From: Epithemia pelagica
Lineage: Eukaryota; Protista; Bacillariophyta
Direction: 5' to 3'
DNA length: 64,000 nucleotides
NCBI GenBank assembly: GCA_946965045.2
Contig: OX337234.1
Location: 1,612,001-1,676,000, forward strand
The stretch's first letter is position 1; each line of letters opens with the position of its first letter. The notes below the pieces were generated by a model. The model saw only the letters and a list, made by a program, of their open reading frames with translations, had not been told where the DNA came from and made no database searches. Positions 11,712 through 23,275 of this stretch are shown in pieces. The translations under genes and the position numbers were made by a program.

Positions 11712-14042
11712 ATGTCGCCCCCTTCTGAAACAAACCAGGGGACCAAGAATAGAAAACAAGGAAGCCAACGCTGTGGTGATCCAAAGCAAGATAAAAAGGA
11801 CAACCAAAGCAGTAAGAATTCAGCGCTCCATGGTTTATCTGGTGGCAAAGATGCTGGAGAAAGCAGTACCGATGATGAAACAGACGACGAAGAAATAACG
11901 ATCAGAGATGTCAACAACAAGAATAGCAATGATGACCGTAACCAAGAGGATTCAGGATCCGTATCTGAAAAGAGTCAGGTAATATTTCAGGAAAGAGGAG
12001 GGCGGGGAGCTTCATCCAACGAATCCCAGGACCAAGGTAGTAGTACCATGAGCTGTACAAGAACCCGTGGTGTTACTAATACAGGAGCACCTATGGAATC
12101 CGAACACAATACTGCTGTTATGAATGGAGTCGACCATGGTCAACGAGTTCCTTATAATGCGAATGGAGTTGCTCCATATCTGAATCATACCCATCCTTAT
12201 CCTCACCAGCAACCAAATCCATCGGTGTTGTCATTTCTTCCTCAAGGGCAACAACAACATCAGGTCCATACACAGTTCAATTATTCCCAAGCTCCTGTTG
12301 GGGGGCAACAACATCATCATTTCCCGGCGGCCTCATCATCTACGATTTATCCACAACAAGGAACTGGTATTATGGTGCATCAAGGATACCCACAACAGCA
12401 GATGATGTCTGTCCCATACCCACCCAATGGGGGCGTTCTGATGCAAGGAGGCGCTGGTGTTCACCAACCACAGCAAACACAGATGCACCATATGGATACA
12501 AATAATATTGAGTGCGCAGCTAATGACAATGGTGGTGTGACTGTAATGTCGCACCAAGATGTTGAAAATATTATGGAAGAGGTTATGGGTGGTGGTGGTG
12601 GTGGTGGTGGAGGAGTCAGTCGCGTTTGTAAGTAAGGTGTACTTCCTTTGTTTTGTTTGTGCCCTATCGGTATTGACTGGTTAGAGTGGAACTCTAATCT
12701 GGGTTGATGTGGGTTTGGAAATGTACAATCAAAAAAGATGTGGACTTCTGGATGGATGATGTTTCCTCACTTTCTGATCTCTCTTGGTCGTCATCATCTC
12801 TTGTAGCCATGGAAGTCGGAGGCGATAGCTCAATGGTTGCATCATCTATCTATGGTACTAGTGATGGTCAGAGTTCTGGGGCTAATGCAACGGCTGGTGA
12901 GAGGGAAAGAAGGAGAGAAGACAAGAGGGAAAGAAAGAGAGAACAGCAAAGAAAGAGCAGGAGCAAATACAAGGATCTACCCTTAGCTTGTCGTACGGAT
13001 GAGTTCCAGACTTTTGTGCCTGATGTTGCTTGGAGGTACGTGAAGTATTTCTCACTTGCCGATGATTGTGATGCAGATGATAATGGATTATGGCATTTGG
13101 GGAAGGATCACTTCAAGGCGTATTTCGAACGAGAAAAGATTATTGGTGATGTGGCTAAGGCAAAGTGGTGGGAAAGGTATTCCCCCCATTTGAGGAAAGA
13201 ATTCAGACGCAAGAGATCAAATGTTCTACAATCACTAAGGTTCAGGTTCATGAGTAAGTCGGTACTGTCTTGCTATCTTGTTCTCATTCTTGTGGAAAGT
13301 TTTGCTCTAACATGAGCCTTCCTGCCTGGCAGAACATTTCTCGTTGAATCTATGGAGAACACATGGTGGTGGAATTGTTCAGCGACCATTCCCTAAGTTA
13401 TTGGTTGACGATGAAAATCTAGGTCCTATGCCAAGTCTTGAAGAGATGATGCAAATGAGAGGAGTGAATGGAGACAATGATGCTTATGTTTTCATGTTTG
13501 AAGTATTTGGGGGGTCGGTTTATGGAGATGGAATGGTGAGAGATATCACTAATCAAGATATTACAGCTAATACACCAGAAGCACAAAAGCAAGCAATATG
13601 GAAGGAAGCGATGAGTAAGTTTACTACAAGTGATGAAGCTTTCATTCTCTTGGCTCTTGAAGATTCATGGGATGCATGGGCTCTGAGGAGCAGACAAGAC
13701 TTCAAACAAAAGTTGTACAAAGAAGACCCTGCTTGGTGTCAAGCGCACCAAATTAATGAGGACATTGATACAGATGGAGTAGAACAATACAAGTATTCAG
13801 GTTGTGCACACAAAAAGGGACGTGGTATGAGTGATATTGGCCTTGATCGTCTTGATGAATTACAGCAGAATTTGAGGGATGATCGAGAATATGTATCAGT
13901 TGATGGACTGTTTCAGAGACAAAATGTGTTCATGGAGAATCTTCTTAAGAAACATCGGGAGAGGATGGGATATGTGAACAGTGCTGATCAAGATCAACCG
14001 CAGCAGAAAAAGCGGAGGAAGCACGGACTCTGGTTTTTTTAA
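11712..14042 (+). CDS. Multi-exon hypothetical gene divergent from the Plavaka transposase (probable TE accessory protein; may contain a frameshift)
   Basis: ORFs 11712-12635, 12704-13315 and 13344-14042. Intron 13254-13332 (GTAAGT...CAG) joins the last two in frame (RFM|KHFSLNLW). The first junction needs a putative intron 12615-12684 plus a 1-bp slip in A6 near 12731. Motif TTSDEAFILLALEDSWDAW. Confidence 0.55.
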
Positions 14043-14131
14043 ATAGTATCTCTTCATTAGCTTCTGTGCATGTTTTCACATTCTTCTGTGGATGGTATCG
14101 ATTGTGTTGTGAAATGAGTTACCATAAGTGT

Positions 14132-14323
14132 GTGGCTTCTGCTGGTGCTTTTGGAGCCTGAGATGCAAAAGGTGGGTGGCTTCTGCCGGTGCTTTCGGTG
14201 CCTGAGATGCAAAAGGTGGGTGGCTTCTGCCAGTGCTTTCGGAGCATGGGATGCTAATGGTGTGTGGCTTCCGCTGGTGCTTTCGGAGCATGGGATGCAA
14301 AAGGTGAGTGGCTTCCGCTGGTG
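14132..14323. repeat. 44-bp minisatellite, ~4.4 copies
   Basis: GTGGCTTC starts at 14132, 14176, 14220, 14264 and 14308. Confidence 0.95.
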
Positions 14324-15981
14324 TCATTGGAGAATGGGATAGGAGAGATTGGGGGTTTGCCCTTGTGTTATTGCACCTGTAGAGAGGGTGTATAGATACC
14401 TTGTTCCGATGAGGTTGCTACTTTGTGTTCAGAGTGTTTTGGACGTGGAGGGCAAGGTCAGTGTGCTTAGAAGGTAAGTTCTCTGTGCGTGGAAGATGGG
14501 AGTGTGCGTGCGTGGAAGCTAGGGTCGCCGTGAATGTGTATGATGTTGTATGTGCGTGGTGGTGGGGAGGATTAGTCAAAATGGTGTAAATCCGTATAAA
14601 AAAAACTGGGTACGAAAAATGGCGCATGCCGACGGCGCGTATGGGGTGTGCGTTTTGGGGGCGCGTGACGCTGCCCTTAGACGGAGGCATATGACAAGAT
14701 GATTGAATTCATGAAGACAAAAATGCCACCTCCTCTGTCGTCAGACGACTATGACTTGATACTGGAGGGGTGAGAGTTTAAATTAAAATGGCTAGCTTCG
14801 TCGATTTGCCACTAGAAATACAATTTCTTGCGTGTACGACATCGTATATTCTTGGTTTTCTCTCACATCCTATGTTCAGGCCCGAGCAAATTATCGAACA
14901 TTCTTGCTATTCTCTCACATGCGTTGTTCTGTTTGGAAAAAACAGAACGTATAATCTTAATTATCCCTCACATCTAACATTTGGAGATGTAGGGGGGGGG
15001 GCTCAAAAATGATGTGGGGGGTGGTTTCTGAATCCCATATATCAGACAAAAATTCTTCCGAGCTACGACTACTAGGAGTAACTAACTAGGTAGTCACAGA
15101 AGTACAGACCAGTCATATAACCCCGTGCAGGAGTTGCAGATGGATGGCCAACAGGTGGGAGTATGGAAAGGATTTCTTGTCGCGTCATTAGGGTTAGGTT
15201 GTAAAATTCACACTTCTTGCGCTGCATTGTAGTAGCTGGGTGGCTCACAGTTGGGAGTATGAAAAGGAGTTCTCCAAATGTGATTGGATCTCTCAGTCAC
15301 GACCGAATTATTGTAAATTCTTGATTTTTTCTCGCAGCCGAATTATCGTAGATTCTTGACTTTCCCTCACATTAATTCTTCTTTTGTCGACAGAGATCGC
15401 ATATTTGAATTTTGGAACCGCGCTTTTCCGTAACAGATCTGGAAATTTTGGTCTTGTCGGGTTGTATGTGACAGAAAACCAATAAGCTACGATAAAGTTC
15501 ATGACAAACAAAAATCCATAAATAAGCGGAAAAAGCAACCAAAAAAGAGTGCGCTTGTGTCTAGAGAGTCTAGGTTTTTGCACGCGCGCATTTGTCCACA
15601 AGTTGATGACGTCGTATTCATGACTTGGAGTCGGATCACGGACCGACTTCCAACTACTCCTAAGAATCCTGTTTTCCTACCCACTATGCATTGGAGGGCC
15701 TACCGCCTACAAGCTGGTTTCAGGGATTATACAAGTGACGTAGAATCTACAGGGATTCTTACCAGAGGAGTAATCCTCGATAGCGTTTTGCGTTATTAGT
15801 GTCCGACAAGCGACTTCCTAGTGGCTTAAATAAATATTTTACTATGTGTTTTGTTATGTGTGATTTCTTCCGAACGCTAGAATTTCGTCCAAAAGATTAC
15901 GAAAAAACCGTCCATTGTTGACCATGGTGGAGGGCCGTCCCGACCTGTTCAACTGTTGCCGAGCTGCATCCAGCTCCCTTA

Positions 15982-16025
15982 GGCCGACCCTTAAGCCTCT
16001 ACGAAACGAAAGTTGAGAGCTGACA
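15982..16025 (+). repeat. Left TIR GGCCGACCCTTAAGCCTCTACGAAACGAAAGTTGAGAGCTGACA
   Basis: Reverse complement of 22393-22436 with 2 mismatches (positions 4 and 38). Confidence 0.95.
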
Positions 16026-16581
16026 TTTCGTTTTGGCGGGATTTTGCTTCCTTACCAATAGCAGCATTCTGTGCATATTGTGCGCGCATGGCGAGACCCC
16101 AACGTCCAAGATCCACCAAGATGTCGTATCAGAAACCCCCCACCAACTATGACCCAAACAGTGGCTCATCCTTTGTTAAATATAACCACCAAAATTTCAT
16201 TCCCAACGACCATCCGATTTTGGTTCTAAACTGCCAATGCAATACTCACTAACTTTGTCATCGGCCAACGGTCCAAGACACTATAAATACAACACAATGT
16301 TACGTTTTTGTCCGATGACAAAAGTAGGTAATATTCGTCGAGATACAACGGGTCCAATTGGTACCTTTCACACACAAACGAAATTTTGGGAAAAAAATGC
16401 GAGCACAGCACACCCACTCACACGTGCACACCTCTACAGCATTAATTTATATACATCAATGAATAACATATAACAACCTAATCGCCTTTCAATCGTAGTT
16501 GAGTCATCGGAAGTACGAACTCCAACCGAGAGAAGTCGACGATGAAACAATGAGGACAGCGCCATTTGAGTCGAGTAATAC

Positions 16582-19500
16582 TTGTATTATTACTTATCCT
16601 ATCCTCGTAGAATGCCAAAACAGAAGCCCCCGAAGAACTACGCAAAGAAGAGGCAACCCACCGCTTCCACTGAAGGTTCTCGGAAGTCTCGTCGCCTTCG
16701 AGAAAAAGAGACGGCATCAGATTCCAACGATGGAGGTGCCAAGGATAGCAGGTTCAAGACGGAAGAAGAAATTCTCGCCGAACTGGCAAAACGCGAAGCG
16801 GAGGAAGCCCAGAAGCTCCTTCCATCTCCCAACAAACAGACAAGGACCCGACGCAAAGAATCGAATATCACATGTGAAAAAAACTCTGTTGAGAGAAAGC
16901 AGATTGCCCAGATTGTTCTTGATTTTATGGACGAAGACCATGTCCCCTGCTCTGTTTATGGCAGAGACCGCGAGGAACGCTACCCAGGATACACCTTCTG
17001 TAGCCGATGCAAAAAGGCAGACGACGAGTCTGGTTTCCGTCCTTCTCACAAGATAAACCGCAAGGCAATAGGCGGTCGATACACCTGTAGATCCAAGCAC
17101 ACAAATTTCTGGCATCCCACATACATCGACCCAAAGAAGAAGAACTCTCCAAAACCACCGCCAATTGATTTGTTTTGTCGACCATGCAATGGCGACAAGT
17201 CCCTGAGAACGACTCGCAAACGCAAGAAACGACAGAGGAGGAAAAGATCAAGGATCAAACCTCCACCTCCATCATCCACTCTCGAAAGCATTCTGTACCA
17301 GCATCCACAAGGCAAGGATGAAACTAAGAACCCAACCCAAGGGAATGTTCCTCAAGACGATAACGACCTCATTAGTGAGATTGATGAAGACAAATACAAC
17401 GACGCTGCAAACAAGAAAGAAACTCCACAGTTTCTGTTCAACTTACCTCTTTTCCAGGACCCCCTCAGCCATTACAGCTTTTATGCTCATGATTCTCGAG
17501 ACCATGCAGTCGATGAAACCGAGTCGTTTGATGTCGATAATGAAGAATTAGATGACCTGCCCCCATTCGAAAATGCAGAGAGTCAGCAGTCCAGAGATGA
17601 GCAAGGCGACTCATCAACAACTGAAGAGACAAGAAATAGGACGTACCTTAGTAGTAATGAAACTCTAGATAATGCTGACGAATCTGCCAACATGGATTCG
17701 ACACAAGAAGACAACGAAGAAATCACACGTCTCCACAATCAGATCCATTGTTTGGAACAGGATCTGCTACAAGCACATCAAGCTGTGTCTGACTATCGCA
17801 AGTCCCTGAAGAAAGTAACCGACGATTTGACCGATTGTAGAAGAAAGCTGAAGAATAGATCAGATGACCTTCGGTATTGGAGGGATAAAGACGCGGAAAC
17901 AAAAGCGACGAGCAAAGAGATTGATCTCCCCGCCTCTTGCTACGACATCAAGGACCGTGAAAAACTGGTGTCACATATCCGAGAAATCCTCGTATCAAGG
18001 ACCAGTAGGATGGATGACACGAGTAGAGCAGCAGGAGAATTCTTCCGAGACGTGGCACAACTGTGCCTTGACAAATCCATACACAATGGGCTCATGTTCG
18101 AGAATACATATGGTGTATTTCGTAAATATGTACGCGATTACGTCTTCACACCGTTTAACATTCTACGGAAAATGGATCTCGCAGGTGGCGTCCTAAACCT
18201 TGGCGGCATTGAAGTCCTACGACAAGTGGAAAGCAATGGAGTTGCTAATACACACACACTTATCCCAAGTAGTTCTTGTATCCAGGATGTAGCCAAAGAA
18301 GTCGAGAAGTTTGGGAGTCTTCTCTGCCCCTACCGACTTTTCCGGCACAAGACTGATGGGTCGGAAGGATTTGCCTTCCGGGCAGCCGATGTTATGGCAG
18401 GAATATTAGTGGCAGGCAATTGTCTGTACGGAGACGCTCGTTGGCGGCCCATCCAGTTGGCACAGAGTTTGGACGGCGCTCTTTTCACTAAAAACTTAAG
18501 CCATACACTGGGAGGGCTGAAGTTCAACGACATGTCCAACCCTCTTGCCCAATCACGTAACAGTTGTTTTCCGGTTGTGTGTGTTTGTCGTCCAGAGAGC
18601 AAGGGCTTAGTGCGATCGATCTTTCGGAACATGATCGAAGAGATCCGCGAAGCTGCCGTAAAAGTACTTCCCACGAAATTCGGAGTATGGCCGCTCAAAA
18701 TATGCACTAATTGCGATATGAGTTGCGAGTGGAAGCTACTTGGGCGTGGTGGGGCCGCTCAACAAGTTAACTTCCCTTGTTCGAAATGTACTGTACGAAG
18801 TGGAGAACTCCATCTCCCCACAGGACGTGTCGAAGACTGCAGCCTGTGCTCGCAACTAGGACATTCCAAGAAAACAAACTGGGTATGTAGACATCACAAG
18901 ATGTGTACAAGGGCTCATGTAAACAGTCTACAAAAGGAAGTGGACCACTTCGTCAAGGAGATGCCTAGCATCTACGAGAGTCTAACTGATATATGGGGTG
19001 ATTCCGAGTTGATTATGCAAGAGGACCCCAGGATGGACCCAACCAAAGTTCAGAAGGGGAACATCAAGTCCATCCATTTTGATCTAGGCAAAGCCGATGT
19101 TGCCAAGCGTCTGGAATATGCGAGGTTCATAACCAATGATCTGGTGGTTAGAGAACTAGATGTGCATGGTACACTAGAGCAACGACAACGACGACTCAAG
19201 GCCCACCATGTCAAAGAGTGGATTTACTACCAAGCGAAGAAGGTGTTAGATGATTATAAGCAGTCCAAGACTGCTACCGCAATTGTCTATATGATGGACA
19301 CGGTCCCATGCATTCTCCATATGGAGAATCGCATGGGAATCAAGATTCTTACCATGTGTTTGCGACACGGTCTGGCAAGTGCAAAGGTCAAAGAGTTCGA
19401 TTGGATGCCTGAAGAATATGACAATTCAGAAATAAAGAGATGTAACCACTTCATCAAGCGAGTCCAAAAATGTATGAACCAGTCCATACTGGGAACGAGT

Positions 19501-20770
19501 GATATGCCGACGCAGTGGAAAGCACCGTATGAGAAGAAGAAGCGTAAACTTGGAACTATCACTATGGACAACGTCCGCATCCGAAGAATGTTGCCCAAGT
19601 TTGATGAACTGGTAGATATATGCATCGCAAACCCAGAGAAACAAGTCAAGTGGAAGCAGTGTGTAGCCGACTATGTCATTTCCATGGAACGACTTAACAA
19701 GAAAACCAACATGACAGACAGTGAGATTTTTGACTATCAGCGCAAGGCGGATGAGTTCTTTGCAACTTGGGTGGATTTGTGTGGTGAGAATGGGATAACC
19801 AACTACGCACACTTGATAGGTAGTGGTCACGTAATGGAATACCTGATCCATTGGCGCAACCTGTCATCCCACGCTCAACAGGGGTGGGAAGGTGAGTAGT
19901 AGCCTGCGAAAGCGAAAGAGGTTCTCTTGTTTGTTGAAAATGGCTACTCACCTACACTGTTACAGCATTCAATAGTTTATTTAAGACGTTCTATTTTTCC
20001 AGAACACAAAGGGGTGGTAGTACAAATAGGGGAAAGGGTAGGATGTCCAGACTAGAACCAATGGCGAGATGGTTGCAACGACGCATGGTTTTCATGTGTC
20101 GATACGAATACAGTGATATAACAGAAGGTAATGCAAATTGCAGCGAGGAAAATGCGCTGGCAAGGAAAACCTGGGTTGCAAAGAATAAGGGTACAATGGA
20201 ATTTTGTCGCAGAATTCCGGGTATACAAGACGATGGAGGTGGTCAACAGACAGGGAATGAAAGTGGAGGAGCCGGGCAGTCAAGAGATGAGAGTGGAGGT
20301 GCTGAGCAGTCGACGAATGAGAATGGAGTGCTGAGCAGTCGACGAATGAGAATGGAGGTGCTGAGCAGTCGACGAATGAGAATGGAGATGCCGGACAATC
20401 AACGGAAGTCACTGTTACTGCTGGACAGTCACCAACGGACAATGGAGCTAGCAATGGAGGCGCGGAACAGCCAAGAGAGGAAAACAAATCGGACGAACAA
20501 TCGGTAGAAAAATTGGCGGATATTATAGATCTAGATGACTGGGATTTTTTTGAACCTGGTACATGGACACCAATTGACGATGTAGACCAGATGACACATG
20601 GGACATCACTTGTTGTAGACCCTGAGGAAGATGAGGATAGTGACGATGACGATGACGAGGACTACTACGATGACAGTGACGATGACGAGGAGGACGACGA
20701 CGCGTCTTTGGGTACTATGAATGATGATGATGAAGACGAACTAGTTGCAGAAGATGAGTGTGAAACATAG
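16582..20770 (+). CDS. DDE transposase with a RAG1/Transib/CMC-type core; exons 16582-19891 and 19966-20770, with a 1-bp deletion near 20328 in the acidic tail
   Basis: Motifs SLDGA (D631), NCDMS (D712), CSKC (C733/C736), CILH, ITNYAHLIGSGH (H1077/H1083) and QQGWE (E1103). Intron 19892-19965 (GTGAGT...TACAG) continues the frame as WEAFNSLFKTFYFSRTQRGG...MSRLEP. Confidence 0.8.
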
Positions 20771-20809
20771 GATGATAAGTATCGAATGTAAACTACTGAT
20801 AATGGAATG

Positions 20810-21828
20810 TTAAGCAAACGAAAGGATGTCTTTGAGTAACTCTTCAGCGTCAGTTCGTTGGATAACCAGTGACTCTTTTGGGGATTTACGATTGAACCCC
20901 ACTCCACCAACACATCGACAGTCAAATTTGACATCAGTTTCCTGGCGGGTGATGGAAGAGACTTCCATGACACTTTCTCCCTTGTACATGTACTGATCGC
21001 CAATGTGGATCTTTGACACAGCCTTTGTGTACGAAGGTGGCTTTGAGTTCGTGTCGATAGATGACAGGGAGAAGTCACTTTCACTTGCCGAATCGTTTTG
21101 AGACTGTCCTTGGAGTATCTTTTCCAAATTGGGGCATGGAGGGAGGTGTTTGAGATTGCCATCACGGCTCACGGAATATTGATAACGCTCGTACGATTGG
21201 TAAGACGAACATTATAAGGTGAAAATATGAAATCGACGCGTTGGTCCACAATCCGGCGCTTGAATGGAGGTTCCGATGTTTCGTCGGATTCGTGGGGGTT
21301 GGAATCTTGAGCACCAGCAACAACTGTGAGGTTTTGCTCGCGTCGTAGCACTAGTCCTGTCCTGCCATCGTCGAGTTTAGGACGTCGTTCGGACGATCCG
21401 TACGTCGCACTGGGTCCCAATATCATGCGGAGGACATTCAATTCGGATTGGGTCTTGAAACGAAGAACACCGCCATGGAAAGAAATTTTCACCTGTTGCA
21501 ATGGAAGGAGGATTTAGACAATGGAATGGTGTGAGTGTTGTTATGAGGAATGAAGTGGTTCACATGCATGAGCGTGTATTAGAATTCGTACCTTTGATCG
21601 TGATAGGGAAGAGTCCAAATGAAAGAAGGACTTGGACAGTGAAATGGGGTGAGTATTCAGGGTAATCAATGTGTTGGCGACTTGAGAGATGTACTGAATA
21701 CTCTCCATTGCAACGCAACCAATGTTCAAGGAAACCACTTCTCTGTCAGCTCCCTGTCCTGAGCGTTTGTTGAGTAATTTGTGAATGCTCTTTCTGATTG
21801 TATAGAGGCCATTCCAAATGATTAGCAT
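20810..21828 (-). CDS. Second transposon gene (unknown function, ~300 aa), tail-to-tail with the transposase; one intron and one apparent frameshift
   Basis: Exon 21828-21592, intron 21591-21493 (GTACGA...CAACAG), then VKISFHGGVLRFKTQSELNVLRMILG. A slip near 21200 leads into YERYQYSVSRDGNL...KDILSFA*. The start codon is uncertain. Confidence 0.55.
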
Positions 21829-22392
21829 GCTTGGATGGAATGGATGTTGTGGTTCCGAGCGTGGAAACCGGATACGAATTAGGACAGAAAATGTGACATA
21901 ATATTTAAATACCTTTCGTCCTAGAGAATGTCAGCATGAGAAATAGGTGTTTGGGGTGAGGCAGATACTTAAAAGCGCGAGCCCGTTTTTTGGAGAGCGG
22001 GCAGTGCCAAAGAGGTGGGATTGAGCGTTTTGGCTGAAAATAATATACACAGAATGCTGCTATTGCGCGTCTGCGAAACGAAAACTAGAACCGCGCCTTT
22101 TCCCCCATTCATCCCCCATTCCCCCCCCCCATTTTCACTTCAATAAATTGAATACTAAAATAATTCTCATAGAATTGTGACGTACACAGGACGCACCGAC
22201 CGTTGGAGCTGAACGCCAGTCGATCAATACTCTTGAGCGTTATGAAGAACTTCACATTCATACATTGTCTAAACGCTTTGCACATCTGAAACGCCTTCTA
22301 CTTTCGTTGGCCTACGAAAGTTGGCGCCAACTTTCGTAGCCCCGAAAGCTGAAAAGCAAGAATACCCGGATAAAAGAGGTAAAATGATGACG

Positions 22393-22436
22393 TGTCAGAT
22401 CTCAACTTTCGTTTCGTAGAGGCTTAAGGGTCAGCC
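22393..22436 (-). repeat. Right TIR of the 15982-22436 element
   Basis: TGTCAGATCTCAACTTTCGTTTCGTAGAGGCTTAAGGGTCAGCC followed by TTAGGG. Confidence 0.95.
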
Positions 22437-23275
22437 TTAGGGTGTTGTTGGACCACCACCAATGGGGCAACAGTTCAACGCATCGGCATCATCCACAATA
22501 ACATGATCATCGGACGCACACGCACCCCATCCACGATAGTCTCGTACAAAACGAAGTTTTTCTGGGGGAACGCGAGATTGTCGAGTTTCGGAAGCACTTT
22601 TCACATGAGAGGCATGATTAGAAGGGCTATATTTATAAGATAGCTGGCGTGATTTACGTAGAATTTGTACTGTGAGGTACGTCACTCGCATTTCGTCTGA
22701 AACCAGCTTGTACTCCTACCTTTACCACTCGTTGTCCTACCTTTCCCCACTCACTGAGGACTCACTGAGGAGTAAGTCACTCCCCACAATCACACTACCC
22801 TAGCCCCAAAAATTACTGTACTTAGATGTTTAATTCTAGTGTAGATCGTGGTCGGGTCGCGAGTCGCGAGAGGAGTGGGGGATGGGAGACATTGACTCTA
22901 AGTATTCTGTCACACTATTTATGCAAAAAGCATGCCTCGGAGTTTGATTGGCATGCAATAATTGTGAGATAAATGATACTTCGACATAAAGCGTTTTAAA
23001 TCATCCGATAAAATCGGATGAGGTCACTTAAGTGACGGGGTTATTTGCAAACATTTAAAGATTACCTAGTGCCCCATCGAAAGTAGCAGGGTGACCGTTT
23101 AGACTGTCTAAAATATTTCGGGTCTAAAATAAATCTAAAAGTGCTTTAGACTGTCTAAAATGTCTAAAACAGGGTCTAAAATCTCTCCGTGTTTTTGTAA
23201 GGCGAAGCAATAACCCTATCCCTAGACAGCCAGCTACCTAGGAGCCAGCAACCCTAGACAGCCAGCTAGAGGATT

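Larger units (their letters stand above)
15982..22436. mobile_element. TIR DNA transposon (6455 bp) encoding a RAG1/Transib-like DDE transposase plus a convergent second gene
   Basis: 44-bp TIRs (42/44 identical), flanked by TTA within CCTTAGG on both sides. An empty-site homolog (CCTCAGG) lies at ~63713-63720. Confidence 0.9.
15710..22710. mobile_element. ~540-bp Tc1/mariner-type MITE (TA TSD) split by a nested 6.45-kb insertion
   Basis: TA|CAAGCTGGTTTCAG at 15708-15723 and CTGAAACCAGCTTG|TA at 22697-22712, with a further AGTGACGTA match inside. The joined halves match the uninterrupted copy at 63662-63960. Confidence 0.8.

Noticed and set aside
15188-15198. TTAGGGTTAGG telomere-like motif
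   Set aside because: Fewer than two units; compatible with chance.
20810-21828. RAG2-like identity for the second ORF
   Set aside because: No kelch GG/W repeats or PHD finger are visible and it is too short; only the orientation resembles ProtoRAG.
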